Below are positions 17,187-27,124 of a stretch of 64,000 bases of DNA, piece after piece. Source of the DNA: Proteiniphilum sp. Lineage in GTDB: Bacteria; Bacteroidota; Bacteroidia; Bacteroidales; Dysgonomonadaceae. Under the pieces are notes generated by a model. It worked only from the letters and a program-made list of their open reading frames with translations, was not told where the DNA came from and searched no databases. The DNA is taken from positions 9,672 to 73,671 of the forward strand of contig JAHDQF010000013.1 in assembly GCA_018433945.1 (NCBI GenBank), read 5' to 3'. Made by a program: the position numbers and the translations under genes. The stretch's first letter is position 1. Every line of letters starts with the position of its first letter.

Positions 17187-17975
17187 ATGAGTAGCATTTC
17201 ATCGATGGCTTTCGTGCATCCCGAGGCCAAACTGGGTGAGAACGTGATCGTGGAACCCTTTGCCTATGTCGATGCGAACACTGAGATTGGAGAAGGCACA
17301 CGTGTGATGACTCAGGCCACCATCCTCTCCGGAGCGCGAATCGGTAAGAACTGTTTCATCTTCCCGCATACCACCATTGCTGGTATCCCGCAAGACCTGA
17401 AGTTCCAGGGTGAGGAGACCACCGCCATCATCGGTGACCATACCACCATCCGTGAGTGTGCCACCGTGAACAGAGGAACCGCCTCCAGGGGCTATACGAA
17501 GGTGGGCAGCAATTGTCTGATCATGGCATACAGTCATGTGGCACACGACTGTGTGCTGAAAGACCATGTGATACTGGGCAACGCCACCCAGCTGGCGGGA
17601 GAGATTGAGATCGACGACTATGCCATCGTGAGCGGCGGCTCGCTGGCACATCAGTTCACCAGGATCGGAGCCCACGTGATGATACAGGGCGGCTCAAAGA
17701 TCGCGAAAGATATTCCTCCCTTCGTGATGGTGGGCCGTGAACCAATTTCATACGTGGGACTCAACATTGTGGGGCTGCGTCGCAGGGGGTTCTCCAGCGA
17801 GAGGATCAACGGCATCCAGGAGATCTACCGCACTCTTTACCTTTCGGGATATAATATCTCACAAGCAGTGGAGCGCATCGAACAGGATCTCCCTGCTTCC
17901 GATGACCGTGAACTGATTCTTAATTTTGTTCGCTCATCGAGCCGTGGCATCGTACGCAGCAACATGGAGGGATGA
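17187..17975 (+). CDS. lpxA: Acyl-ACP--UDP-GlcNAc O-acyltransferase LpxA
   Basis: 262-aa hexapeptide-repeat protein with the N-terminus AFVHPEAKLGENV. It lies in the lpx cluster. Confidence 0.9.
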   Translation: MSSISSMAFVHPEAKLGENVIVEPFAYVDANTEIGEGTRVMTQATILSGARIGKNCFIFPHTTIAGIPQDLKFQGEETTAIIGDHTTIRECATVNRGTASRGYTKVGSNCLIMAYSHVAHDCVLKDHVILGNATQLAGEIEIDDYAIVSGGSLAHQFTRIGAHVMIQGGSKIAKDIPPFVMVGREPISYVGLNIVGLRRRGFSSERINGIQEIYRTLYLSGYNISQAVERIEQDLPASDDRELILNFVRSSSRGIVRSNMEG

Positions 17976-19018
17976 TGATGACGAAGGTGGTTTTTCCAGC
18001 TGAATGGCATCCTCAGGAGGGAGTGATGATCACCTGGCCTCATCGCGACAGCGACTGGGCTCCGATGCTCGAGGAGGTGACCCGCTGTTACCTCATCATC
18101 TCGAAAGAGATCCTTCGACGGGAGAAGCTGCTGGTTGTGCTACCCCCCGGAACCGATATCGCTTCTTTCTTTACCGATGAGGAGCGGATGAACCTGATCA
18201 CAGTGGAGGCCGAGACAAACGACACATGGATGCGCGACTATGGCCCTGTCACGCTGTTTCATGATGGCATCCCGGTAGTTGCCGATTTCGGGTTCAACGG
18301 CTGGGGACTGAAGTTTGCCGCCGACAAGGACAACCTGATCACCGGAAAGCTCTTTGACAAAGGGATCTTCCACCCTTCGGCCAGCTACCAGTGTTGGCTT
18401 AATTTTATCCTGGAGGGGGGCTCCCTCGAGTCGGATGGTGAAGGGACCCTCCTCACCACCACGGCCTGCCTGCTGGCAGCTAACCGCAACCAACCCATGA
18501 CACAGCAGGAGATAGAATATAGACTGAAAGAGTTGCTGGGCCTCACCAGGGTGCTTTGGCTCAACCATGGTTACCTGGCGGGTGATGATACCGACAGCCA
18601 TGTGGATACGCTGGCCCGTTTCTGCAGTCCGCATACCATTGCCTACGTGAAGTGTGAGGATGAAACCGACAAACATTACAAGTCACTCAAAGCGATGGAG
18701 GAGGAGCTGCAGGCTTTTCTTACTCTATCTGGGGAGCCTTACCGGCTGATACCCCTCCCCATGGCCGATGCCGTATACCAGGAGGGCGAACGGCTGCCGG
18801 CCACCTATGCCAACTTCCTGATCCTGAACGATGCCGTCTTGATCCCATTTTACGGGACGGAAAAAGATAGCTTGGCACGGCGTCAGCTACAGCTGGCTTT
18901 CCCCGAAAAAGAGTTAATTGGTGTGGACTGCTCTCCCCTGATCCGGCAGCATGGCTCGCTGCACTGCATCACGATGCAACTTCCGAAGGGAATTTTAGCT
19001 GTAAGCGATAAGTTTTAA
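17972..19018 (+). CDS. aguA: Agmatine deiminase
   Basis: 348-aa ORF. FPAEWHPQ, WMRDYGP and the C-terminal GSLHCITMQ motif with catalytic Cys are typical of the family. Confidence 0.88.
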   Translation: MMMTKVVFPAEWHPQEGVMITWPHRDSDWAPMLEEVTRCYLIISKEILRREKLLVVLPPGTDIASFFTDEERMNLITVEAETNDTWMRDYGPVTLFHDGIPVVADFGFNGWGLKFAADKDNLITGKLFDKGIFHPSASYQCWLNFILEGGSLESDGEGTLLTTTACLLAANRNQPMTQQEIEYRLKELLGLTRVLWLNHGYLAGDDTDSHVDTLARFCSPHTIAYVKCEDETDKHYKSLKAMEEELQAFLTLSGEPYRLIPLPMADAVYQEGERLPATYANFLILNDAVLIPFYGTEKDSLARRQLQLAFPEKELIGVDCSPLIRQHGSLHCITMQLPKGILAVSDKF

Positions 19019-19038
19019 GCAGTAGATAGCAATGTTTA

Positions 19039-19046
19039 TATGTTTG
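19039..19046 (+). promoter_or_regulatory. Bacteroidetes -7 box TATGTTTG
   Basis: TAnnTTTG match in the aguA-aguB spacer. Confidence 0.3.
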
Positions 19047-19156
19047 CAGTTTATAGTTTATAGTTCTTAGTTATTGGTTACTCGAATTTCAAACCTCAAA
19101 CATACAGACATACAAACATATTAACGTCCCAACGTGTCAACCTCAAACCAACAGAC

Positions 19157-20035
19157 ATGAAGACAGGAATCATACAACAGGCGAATAGCGGGAATCGTGA
19201 AGACAATATCTCCCGGCTGGAGTCAAAGATCAGGATTCTTGCCGCGCAGGGTGCCGAGCTGATTCTTTTGCAGGAGTTGCACAATGGGCTCTATTTTTGT
19301 CAGACAGAAGATACAACCCTGTTTGACCAGGCTGAGCCCATCCCCGGCCCCTCCACCAACCGTTTCGGAAGAGTGGCAGCCGAGCTGAAGGTAGTGATCG
19401 TGCTTTCCCTCTTCGAGAAACGGGCGCCTGGTCTTTATCACAATACTGCAGTGGTGATGGAAAGTGATGGCACCATCGCGGGGGTGTACCGGAAAATGCA
19501 TATCCCCGATGATCCGGCCTATTATGAGAAATTTTATTTTACTCCCGGTGACCAGGGGTTTCAACCCATCGACACATCGGTGGGACGTCTGGGGGTGTTG
19601 GTCTGCTGGGATCAGTGGTATCCCGAAGCTGCACGGTTGATGGCCCTTGCCGGTGCCGAGTTGTTGATCTATCCCACCGCCATCGGCTGGGAGTCGTCGG
19701 ACAACGCTGAGGAGCAACAACGACAACGGGATGCCTGGATCACCATACAAAGAGGGCATGCTGTGGCCAACGGACTACCGGTGATAGCGGTGAACCGCAC
19801 CGGCTATGAAGCCGATCCATCGGAAGAGACCGGTGGCATCCGTTTCTGGGGAAGCAGCTTTGTATGCGGTCCACAGGGGGAACTGCTCTGGCAGGCCGGC
19901 AGCGACGAGGAGACAGCCCTGATCGTTGAGATTGACAAGCAACGAACCGAGGAGGTACGGCGCTGGTGGCCCTTCTTCCGCGACAGACGCATCGATGCTT
20001 ATGGTGAGCTGACGCGCCGCTGGATTGATGCATAA
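19157..20035 (+). CDS. aguB: N-carbamoylputrescine amidase (carbon-nitrogen hydrolase family)
   Basis: 292-aa ORF with nitrilase-fold motifs (LQELH, YRKMHIP, VCWDQWYPE). It lies adjacent to aguA. Confidence 0.85.
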   Translation: MKTGIIQQANSGNREDNISRLESKIRILAAQGAELILLQELHNGLYFCQTEDTTLFDQAEPIPGPSTNRFGRVAAELKVVIVLSLFEKRAPGLYHNTAVVMESDGTIAGVYRKMHIPDDPAYYEKFYFTPGDQGFQPIDTSVGRLGVLVCWDQWYPEAARLMALAGAELLIYPTAIGWESSDNAEEQQRQRDAWITIQRGHAVANGLPVIAVNRTGYEADPSEETGGIRFWGSSFVCGPQGELLWQAGSDEETALIVEIDKQRTEEVRRWWPFFRDRRIDAYGELTRRWIDA

Positions 20036-20041
20036 AAAAAA

Positions 20042-20072
20042 TGAGTGACCTTCTCATCGGGAAGGTCACTCA
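20042..20072. terminator. Bidirectional hairpin terminator between aguB and the convergent lipoprotein gene
   Basis: A perfect 12-bp stem pairs tgagtgaccttc with gaaggtcactca around a 7-nt loop. It is flanked by A-rich and T-rich runs. Confidence 0.6.
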
Positions 20073-20098
20073 GCTCATTTTAAACAATCTTCTTCTGT

Positions 20099-21175
20099 TT
20101 ATCTCCGTCCTGAACTCCTGCCGCTGCTCTCGCTCTTGCTTCGCTCACTACTGTTGTTTCTGCCGGAAGAGGAGCGCGTTGCGGTAGAATTTTGCCTGTT
20201 GCTTGTGGAGCTTTGCGAACGAACTGTAGTGCTGCTTCTGTTGCTTGTGGAGCTGCGTTGCGGCGTGCTTACAGCACTGTTGCTGCGGGCCGGGCTTTGT
20301 GTACGTACGGTTGCATTGCGGTTGGTTGTAGAGCTGCTTCTGCTCGCGGGGCTTGTGCTGGATTGACGGGTTGTAGTGGTACTGCTACTGCGTTGGTTGA
20401 CCGCTGACCTGCTGTTGGTCACATCGGGGCGGAATACCTTTACCGCGTTGTTGCTTACACGCGTTGTCGCCCTGCCGGAGCGGTTGTTTGAGCTCTCCAG
20501 CTTGTGCACGGTGGCTTTTCTGCCGGTGGTACGTTCATAATCTCTGGCACTCGGTCCGCTGTAATAGCGGTTATCGTTATACACGTAGGTATTTTGGATA
20601 ATGGTGGTCCGGTTGTAAATGGCCGGGCTGTATCTGCTATAGTACTTGTGCATATTGCGGTGATACATGCGGTTGTGTGGCAGAAAGGTCCAGTAGCGTG
20701 CCGGCAGGTTGATGTTGATGTGAATGTTAATGCCGGGGGTCATTGGAGCCCATCCGTAATAACCACCACCACTTCTCCATGTGACCCAGGCAGGTGCCCA
20801 TTCATAGCCGGGAACCCAGGCCCATCCGTAGGATTCGTCGTAGTACCAGCGGCCATAGTGGAACGGTGCCCATCCCCAGGAGTAGTCTGAGACCCAGGTG
20901 TTGCCGTAGTCGGTCATCACCCAGTAGCCGTTGGTGGCATAGGGTTGGAAATTGCCTCCCACGTTAGGGATCCAGATCTGGCCATAGGCGCGGTGGTTGA
21001 TCCATCTGCCGTAAGGTCTCAGCTCATTGTAAAAGACATTGAAAGTGACAGCCCCTTGGGAATCATCATACTGGTTGTAGTATCCTCCCTGTGCATATAC
21101 GCCGTTGGTAGAGTAGCAAGCGGTCAGCATCAGCGCGATGGATGTGAGAATGAGATGGGTTCTTAAAGCTTTCAT
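20099..21175 (-). CDS. Lipoprotein with Trp/Tyr/Gly-rich (YxWGW-type) repeats and a Ser/Thr/Arg/Asn low-complexity tail
   Basis: The start MKALRTHLILTSIALMLTAC contains a lipobox. The core is WVSDYSWGWAPFHYGRWYYDESYGWAWVPGYEWAPAWVTW. The last ~110-120 aa are almost entirely S/T/R/N. Confidence 0.7.
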   Translation of the reverse strand: MKALRTHLILTSIALMLTACYSTNGVYAQGGYYNQYDDSQGAVTFNVFYNELRPYGRWINHRAYGQIWIPNVGGNFQPYATNGYWVMTDYGNTWVSDYSWGWAPFHYGRWYYDESYGWAWVPGYEWAPAWVTWRSGGGYYGWAPMTPGINIHININLPARYWTFLPHNRMYHRNMHKYYSRYSPAIYNRTTIIQNTYVYNDNRYYSGPSARDYERTTGRKATVHKLESSNNRSGRATTRVSNNAVKVFRPDVTNSRSAVNQRSSSTTTTRQSSTSPASRSSSTTNRNATVRTQSPARSNSAVSTPQRSSTSNRSSTTVRSQSSTSNRQNSTATRSSSGRNNSSERSKSESSGRSSGRR

Positions 21176-21256
21176 ATCTGTAGTTGTTAAAGGGTGCAAC
21201 ATCTAATGTTTAGCAGTATGACACTTTTTTCACCCGATGGTTTAACAAAAGGGGCG

Positions 21257-21847
21257 TTATTTGAACAGCTGATCGATACCCGAGAAGCCCATGAAAGCCA
21301 TGGCAATGATGCCGGCAGAGATCAGAGCGATGGGCATCCCCTGCATCGCTTTGGGCACCCGCGTCAGTGAGAGTTGTTCCCGTACCCCGGAGAAGATGAT
21401 CAGCGCCAGTCCGAAGCCGATGGAGGTAGCAACGGCATAGACAACCGATTCCAGCAGGTTGAAATCTTTTTGGATCACCAGCAGGGATACACCCAGGATG
21501 GCGCAGTTGGTGGTGATCAGAGGGAGAAAGACCCCCAGTGCCTGGTAGAGGGATGGCGAGATCTTCTTGAGTACTATCTCAACCATTTGTACCAGCGAGG
21601 CGATCACCAGGATATAGGAAATGGTCTGCAGGTATTGCAGGTTGAAAGGTTCCAGCACGCCTTTGTAGAGGATGAAGGTGACCAGCGTAGCGATGGTGAG
21701 CACGAAGGTGACCGCAGCGCTCATGCCGATGGCGGTATCCACCTTCTTGGAGACACCCAGGAATGGACAGATGCCCAGGAACTGTGAGTAAACGATGTTG
21801 TTTACAAAGATGGCAACGATGATGATTCCAATATATTCCATAGTCAA
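21257..21847 (-). CDS. rnfA: Rnf electron-transport complex subunit A
   Basis: 196-aa polytopic membrane protein with FVNNIVYSQFLGICPFLGVSKK. It is the last gene of the rnf cluster. Confidence 0.9.
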   Translation of the reverse strand: MTMEYIGIIIVAIFVNNIVYSQFLGICPFLGVSKKVDTAIGMSAAVTFVLTIATLVTFILYKGVLEPFNLQYLQTISYILVIASLVQMVEIVLKKISPSLYQALGVFLPLITTNCAILGVSLLVIQKDFNLLESVVYAVATSIGFGLALIIFSGVREQLSLTRVPKAMQGMPIALISAGIIAMAFMGFSGIDQLFK

Positions 21848-21862
21848 TTGTTCCTTATCTGT

Positions 21863-22456
21863 TTATGCCTTTTTGTGCTGTAGCTTGTTGAAGATTGCGA
21901 TCAGAAAACCCAATACGATGAAAGCTCCCGGTGCCAATACGAAGAGCAGTGACCCATATTGCTCCGGGTAGATCGTCTGAGAGAAGATCTTGCCGGTACC
22001 CAACAGCTCACGCGATGCCCCCAGCAACGTAAGCGCCAGCGTGAAGCCCAGGCCGATGCCTACACCGTCGAAGATGGAGGATAGCACGCCATTCTTGGAG
22101 GCGAACGACTCGGCCCGTCCCAGCACGATGCAGTTGACCACGATCAGTGGGATGAAGATGCCCAGGCTCTCGGCCAGTGCCGGCACATATGCGTTCATCA
22201 GCATCTCGATGATGGTCACAAAGGTGGCGATCACCACGATGAAGGAGGGAATGCGCACCAAGTCAGGGATCACGTTCTTCAGCAGTGAGATCACCGTGTT
22301 GGAGCTGATCAGCACGAACATCGTAGCCAGTCCCATGCTCATCCCGTTGATGGCCGAGCTGGTGGTAGCCAGTGTGGGACACATCCCCAGCAGCAACACG
22401 AAGATGGGATTTTCCTTGATGATGCCGTTGATCAATATCTTTAATTGCTTATTCAT
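21863..22456 (-). CDS. rnfE: Rnf complex subunit E
   Basis: I chose the internal ATG (MNKQLKILINGIIKENPIFVLLLGMCPTLA). The RnfA/E family signature is present, and the start overlaps the rnfG stop region. Confidence 0.88.
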   Translation of the reverse strand: MNKQLKILINGIIKENPIFVLLLGMCPTLATTSSAINGMSMGLATMFVLISSNTVISLLKNVIPDLVRIPSFIVVIATFVTIIEMLMNAYVPALAESLGIFIPLIVVNCIVLGRAESFASKNGVLSSIFDGVGIGLGFTLALTLLGASRELLGTGKIFSQTIYPEQYGSLLFVLAPGAFIVLGFLIAIFNKLQHKKA

Positions 22457-23114
22457 TGTGTTCTCCTCCTTTCTTTGTGATTCCTTCTGTTTCTTTCCCT
22501 GTGGCAGTAGTGGCACCTGAAAGAGCATCCTCCCTGCTACCGCTATAGATTGCATAAGCCCTGTTCACCGCCTCCAGGAATGCCCGTGAGGTGATGGTTG
22601 AGGCGGTGATGGCATCTACGTTACCCCCATCTCTGGTCACGGTGAGTGCTCCCTGTGAAAGATCCCGGCCGATTATCGACTGTCCAGGTTTGGTGGCATC
22701 GCGGAACCACTCTGTCATCTTGGAACCCAGGCCGGGAGTTTCAGCATGCTGCAGCACTGCATAGTTAATGATACGGTGCTCCATGTCAAAGCCCACCATG
22801 ATTTGGATTTTTCCATTGAAGCCATTGTTGGAGTAACTGTTGATTGCGAAGCCCACCAGCTCATCACCTTTCTTGGCCGGGTAGACCAGCAGCGAGTCGC
22901 CGCTGCCGTCGGCCATCCGGAAGGCCTCAGCCACCGGGTCGTTGTCGAAGGCAGGCACCACCTCACGGATGGCATTCTGTAGTTTCATTGCCTTTGCTTC
23001 GGCAATGGGTGTCGCGGTCATCTTGTTCACCTGAGCCAGCAACAGTGCCACTGTGAGGCAGATGAGTGAGAGCGAAAGGAACATATTCCTGAATGATGAT
23101 TGTAGTTTAGCCAT
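22449..23114 (-). CDS. rnfG: Rnf complex subunit G (FMN-binding)
   Basis: 221-aa ORF with an N-terminal anchor and the FMN-attachment-type motif AITASTITS. Its position in the cluster fits. Confidence 0.85.
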   Translation of the reverse strand: MAKLQSSFRNMFLSLSLICLTVALLLAQVNKMTATPIAEAKAMKLQNAIREVVPAFDNDPVAEAFRMADGSGDSLLVYPAKKGDELVGFAINSYSNNGFNGKIQIMVGFDMEHRIINYAVLQHAETPGLGSKMTEWFRDATKPGQSIIGRDLSQGALTVTRDGGNVDAITASTITSRAFLEAVNRAYAIYSGSREDALSGATTATGKETEGITKKGGEHNE

Positions 23115-24081
23115 TTTTCACGACCTCCCCGAATCGTTTAGGTGTTGTGTAACTATTGATGAGCGGTGTAAAGGCATTCATCAGCAGGATGGCGAACGAG
23201 ATCCCCTCGGGGTAGGCACCCCAGAGGCGGATGGCCACGGTGACGAAGCCGATGCCCACGCCGTAGATGATCATTCCCTTTTTGGTGAGCGGCGAGGTGA
23301 CATAGTCGGTCGCCATGAAGATCGCTCCCAGCATCAGTCCCCCCGAGAAGAGGTGGATCAACGGGTTGTATTGCGGCAGCGGGTCGATCAGGAAGAGGAT
23401 GCCGGTGAAGAGTGCTACTGTTCCCAAGATGGTGACCGGGATGTGCCAGGTGATCACTTTTTTCCAGAGCAGGAAGATCAGTCCCAGCAGCAGCGCTGCG
23501 GCACTCATCTCGCCCAGCGAGCCCGGCTCCAGCCCCAGGAACATCTGCTGCAGGGGCAGTGCCTCGAGTGCCTCGGGTGACTGCTTCAGCAGTCCCAGTA
23601 CGGTGGCCGAGCTCACCGCGTCGGTAGCAGTATCGGCTATCGCCGTTGCCGGCCAGCTGGTCATCTGTGCCGGAAAGGAGATCAGCAGGAAGATGCGACC
23701 TGCGATGGCAGGGTTGAAGATGTTGTTTCCCAACCCGCCAAAAGAGAGTTTAACCACACCAATAGCAAACAGGCAGCCGAGCGCCAGAATCCATACCGGC
23801 AGCCCCGCCGGCACGTTAAAGGCGAGCAGCACGCCGGTGATGATGGCAGAGCCGTCGGGAATGGTCGGCTCTTTCTTCATGACAAACCGCACAATCAGGT
23901 ATTCAAAGCCTACGCAGAAGAGCACCGAAAGGGCGGTGATCAGCAGTGCATCGAGCCGGAAGGTGTAGAGTGCCACCAGGAACGCCGGTATCAGGGCGAT
24001 CAGGACGGCAACCATGTTTTTTTGGATGGTGTCGCCGCTGTGTATGTGTGGCGAGGGTGAGACGATCAGTTTTTGTTCCAT
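23107..24081 (-). CDS. rnfD: Rnf complex subunit D
   Basis: The N-terminus is MEQKLIVSPSPHIHS. It is a polytopic membrane protein of the RnfD/NqrB family. I chose the ATG at 24081 over the TTG at 24093. Confidence 0.88.
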   Translation of the reverse strand: MEQKLIVSPSPHIHSGDTIQKNMVAVLIALIPAFLVALYTFRLDALLITALSVLFCVGFEYLIVRFVMKKEPTIPDGSAIITGVLLAFNVPAGLPVWILALGCLFAIGVVKLSFGGLGNNIFNPAIAGRIFLLISFPAQMTSWPATAIADTATDAVSSATVLGLLKQSPEALEALPLQQMFLGLEPGSLGEMSAAALLLGLIFLLWKKVITWHIPVTILGTVALFTGILFLIDPLPQYNPLIHLFSGGLMLGAIFMATDYVTSPLTKKGMIIYGVGIGFVTVAIRLWGAYPEGISFAILLMNAFTPLINSYTTPKRFGEVVKNG

Positions 24082-24105
24082 AATAATCAGCAATCTCCCT
24101 GTTTG

Positions 24106-25437
24106 TTAATTCTTTCTGGCTCTGATGATGCCGTTCACTTTGCTCTTCCCCAGTCGGATGTAGTCGAGCAGCGGCCGGTAGGCGGGGCAGGTGTAGCTGC
24201 AGGAGCCACACTCGATGCAATCAGTGATGGCGTTCTTCTCCGCCCGCTCCCACACCTCATACTCGGTGAGGGTCATCAGCAGGGTGGGGTTGAGTCCCAT
24301 GGGGCAGACCTGCACGCACTTGCCGCAGCGGATACAATCATTCATCGCCTTGCGTTTCGCTTCTGGCGTGGGGAGCATCAGGATGCCCGAGGTGCCTTTG
24401 GTGACCGGGATGTCGACCGACGCCAGTGCCTTACCCATCATCGGACCGCCGCTGATCACCTTGCCGGTGTTCTCAGGTAGTCCCCCCGCAGCATCGATCA
24501 GTTTCGTCAGCGGTGTGCCGATGCGGGCACGCAGGTTGCAGGGCCGTTGTACCTCTTTGCCGGTGACGGTCACCACCCGCTCCACCAGCGGCTTGTTTTT
24601 CTGCACCGCCTCATAGATGGCAAACAGGGTCCCTACGTTCTGAACCACTGCCCCCACCGAGATGGGGAGTGCCCCGGAGGGTACCTGCCGGCCGGTAAGG
24701 GCATCGATCAGCTGTTTCTCACTCCCCTGTGGGTATTGTACTTTCAGCGGTTGCACCTCGATGCCGGGGTAGGCTGCTACCTTCTTTGTAAAAAGCGACA
24801 CCGCATCCTTTTTGTTGTTCTCAATGCCGATGATGGCGCGCTGCACGTTGAGCACGCTCATCACCAGCGTGATGCCCACCAGGATCTCATCACTCTTCTC
24901 CATCATCAGCTGATGGTCGGAGGTGAGGTAAGGCTCGCATTCCACCCCGTTGATGATCAGCAGCTCCGCTTTCGTGCCGGGAGGAGGGGTCAGCTTCACA
25001 TGCGTGGGGAAGGTGGCACCTCCCATGCCGACGATGCCGGCGGCAGCAATCCTGTCAAGGATCTCTTTCGGGGTGAGGCTGCATTCGGTGACCAATTCAT
25101 CTGACCGATCGATCTGTTCCTCCCATGCATCCTCCTCCACCTTGATGAAGACGGCGTCGCGTTTGTAACCACTGGCATCCATTGCCTTGTCGATCTTCAG
25201 CACCGTGCCGGAGACCGATGAGTGGATCTGTGCAGAGACAAAACCCACGCTCTTGCCGATAAGGCTGCCCACTTTCACCTTGTCGCCTTTCCTGACGACC
25301 GGCTGACAGGGAGCGCCGATGTGCTGCAAGAGCGGCAGCACCACCTGTTCGGGCACGGCAACGGGTTGTATGGCCATTCCGGCGGAGAGCTTGTTCTCTT
25401 GGGGGTGGATGCCGCCGATACGAAAACTCTTTAACAT
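24106..25437 (-). CDS. rnfC: Rnf complex subunit C
   Basis: 443-aa ORF with a GGATFP nucleotide-binding block and two 4Fe-4S motifs (CIRCGKCVQVCP and CIECGSCSYTCP). Confidence 0.9.
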   Translation of the reverse strand: MLKSFRIGGIHPQENKLSAGMAIQPVAVPEQVVLPLLQHIGAPCQPVVRKGDKVKVGSLIGKSVGFVSAQIHSSVSGTVLKIDKAMDASGYKRDAVFIKVEEDAWEEQIDRSDELVTECSLTPKEILDRIAAAGIVGMGGATFPTHVKLTPPPGTKAELLIINGVECEPYLTSDHQLMMEKSDEILVGITLVMSVLNVQRAIIGIENNKKDAVSLFTKKVAAYPGIEVQPLKVQYPQGSEKQLIDALTGRQVPSGALPISVGAVVQNVGTLFAIYEAVQKNKPLVERVVTVTGKEVQRPCNLRARIGTPLTKLIDAAGGLPENTGKVISGGPMMGKALASVDIPVTKGTSGILMLPTPEAKRKAMNDCIRCGKCVQVCPMGLNPTLLMTLTEYEVWERAEKNAITDCIECGSCSYTCPAYRPLLDYIRLGKSKVNGIIRARKN

Positions 25438-25453
25438 AGATTCTTTTTCTTAT

Positions 25454-26323
25454 TTATGCGGTTATGGGTACTTCCTTCTCTTTGGCTGCCGGCGGGGTCT
25501 CCTTGCGGGGAGGGAAGTTGATTTCCAGGATGGAGTTTGTAGGACAAACCGGAGCACATTTCCGGCAAAGACGACATTTGTCGTCAATGATATAGGCCAG
25601 GTTATTCTCCATGGTGATGGCGTCGAAGGGGCATACCTGCTGGCATTTGCTGCAGCCGATGCAGGCTACGTTGCAGGCTTTCCTGGCCACGCCACCCTTA
25701 TCTTCGTTGACACAGCTCACATAGATGCGACGAGACCTGGGCCCCTGCTTGCGCAGCTCGATGATATCCTTGGGGCAGGCTTTCACACAGGCTCCGCAAG
25801 CGGTACATTTATCTTCGTCTACCTCGGGTAGCATGGTCTCGGGGTTCATGTGGATCGCGTCGAACGTACAGGCATCCACACAGTCGCCCAGACCCAGGCA
25901 GCCGAAAGAACAGCCGGTATCGCCCCCATAGAGCGCCGCGGCTATGGAGCACCTGGAGGCTCCGTCGTAGAGGTTCTGCCGGGGACGCTCCTCGCAGCTG
26001 CCGCTACAGCGTACCACTGCAATCTTCTTTGTTGTTTTGGATGCGGTCTGACCCAGGATGGCCGCTACACGGTCCATCGTCTCCTGTCCACCCACGGGAC
26101 AGTTGAGCCCTTCCAGGCTCTCCGCATGCACGCAGGCCGCCGCGAAGGCTGCGCAGCCTGGGAAGCCACAGCCGCCACAGTTGGCGGCGGGGAGGGCATC
26201 CTGCACCTCCTGGATGCGGGGATCCTCTTCCACTTTAAACTTTTGACTTACCAGGTATAGGATGCCGGCACTCCCGGCACCAATGGCACCCAGTGTGGCT
26301 ACGGCAGCTAGGATTACACTCAT
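25454..26323 (-). CDS. rnfB: Rnf complex subunit B (polyferredoxin)
   Basis: 289-aa ORF with an N-terminal anchor, the motif CGGCGFPGC and several CxxCxxCxxxCP ferredoxin motifs. Confidence 0.9.
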   Translation of the reverse strand: MSVILAAVATLGAIGAGSAGILYLVSQKFKVEEDPRIQEVQDALPAANCGGCGFPGCAAFAAACVHAESLEGLNCPVGGQETMDRVAAILGQTASKTTKKIAVVRCSGSCEERPRQNLYDGASRCSIAAALYGGDTGCSFGCLGLGDCVDACTFDAIHMNPETMLPEVDEDKCTACGACVKACPKDIIELRKQGPRSRRIYVSCVNEDKGGVARKACNVACIGCSKCQQVCPFDAITMENNLAYIIDDKCRLCRKCAPVCPTNSILEINFPPRKETPPAAKEKEVPITA

Positions 26324-26334
26324 ATAATTGCTGA

Positions 26335-26745
26335 TTAATGGTTTTTTTTAATCCTGAATTGAAAGGTATGAGCCATGCTGTTTCGGAGAAGATAGAGAAG
26401 CAGGTAGTAGGGCACCAGTGCCAGCAGGGCACTGAGTGCCGCTTCTGTCTCGCTGAAGTGCCAGTAGCTTGTGGTTAGTATAAGCATGGCGATGAGGATG
26501 ATCAGCGGGAGTAGAAAAGCCCAGAAAACCGCTCTGTAACCGATGGACTCCTTCCCCTCGATGATCACCTGTTCGTGAAGTGTGAACTGACCCGAATGAT
26601 CAGAGATGTCGATAAGCTTCTCTTTCGAGTCGGCAGCCATGCAGGCTCCCTTTGCGTGGCAGCTGCTACAGGCCGATTGCTGCAGGATGCGCACGGTGAT
26701 CCTCTCTCCGTTGATCTTCTCGATAATTCCCTTGTGTGTGATCAT
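26335..26745 (-). CDS. RseC/MucC-family (SoxR-reducing system) small membrane protein
   Basis: 136-aa ORF with an N-terminal Cys motif (CSSCHAKGAC) and two TM helices. It is the first gene of the rnf operon, as in many Bacteroidetes. Confidence 0.7.
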   Translation of the reverse strand: MITHKGIIEKINGERITVRILQQSACSSCHAKGACMAADSKEKLIDISDHSGQFTLHEQVIIEGKESIGYRAVFWAFLLPLIILIAMLILTTSYWHFSETEAALSALLALVPYYLLLYLLRNSMAHTFQFRIKKNH

Positions 26746-26794
26746 GAAACGGTGGTTTTTTTAATCTGTCGCTTCTTCTTTTTCAATGGAGTTG

Positions 26795-26802
26795 CAAAGT
26801 TA
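26795..26802 (-). promoter_or_regulatory. Bacteroidetes -7 box (TAACTTTG) for the rseC-rnf operon
   Basis: TAnnTTTG match on the minus strand, about 50 nt upstream of the rseC-like start. Confidence 0.45.
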
Positions 26803-27045
26803 AGGATTATTTTCGTGAAAAAGTACGCATTTATTGAACTTAAAGAGCCTTTAATTGTTAACGGATGTTCCAACTGTTCGTTTTGCCTCTTTGACCATCC
26901 TGCAGGTTCCAAATCTCACAAAAAGTTTCTCCGAAGTAGTTGTCGAGTCTCTCCCGGTTCATCACCGGGTTATTCTCCAATAATAATCCCCTGTTGAGTC
27001 ACTTGATCGCAATTTTAGCGAATAGCCTGCGAACATTTAGGTTGC

Positions 27046-27053
27046 TAAATTTG
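27046..27053 (+). promoter_or_regulatory. Bacteroidetes -7 box TAAATTTG for acnA operon
   Basis: TAnnTTTG match 72 nt upstream of acnA. Confidence 0.45.
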
Positions 27054-27124
27054 TTAAAAACTGGAATTGCCGCTTCAAGCAAACATATTAATTTAAGCAA
27101 ACATATTAAAATCACTTCAATTGT

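Noticed and set aside
19019-19156. Short repeats (agtttatagtttatagtt; acctcaaac twice) in the aguA-aguB spacer
   Set aside because: They are very short, low-complexity repeats with no palindromic or array structure, consistent with ordinary AT-rich promoter DNA.
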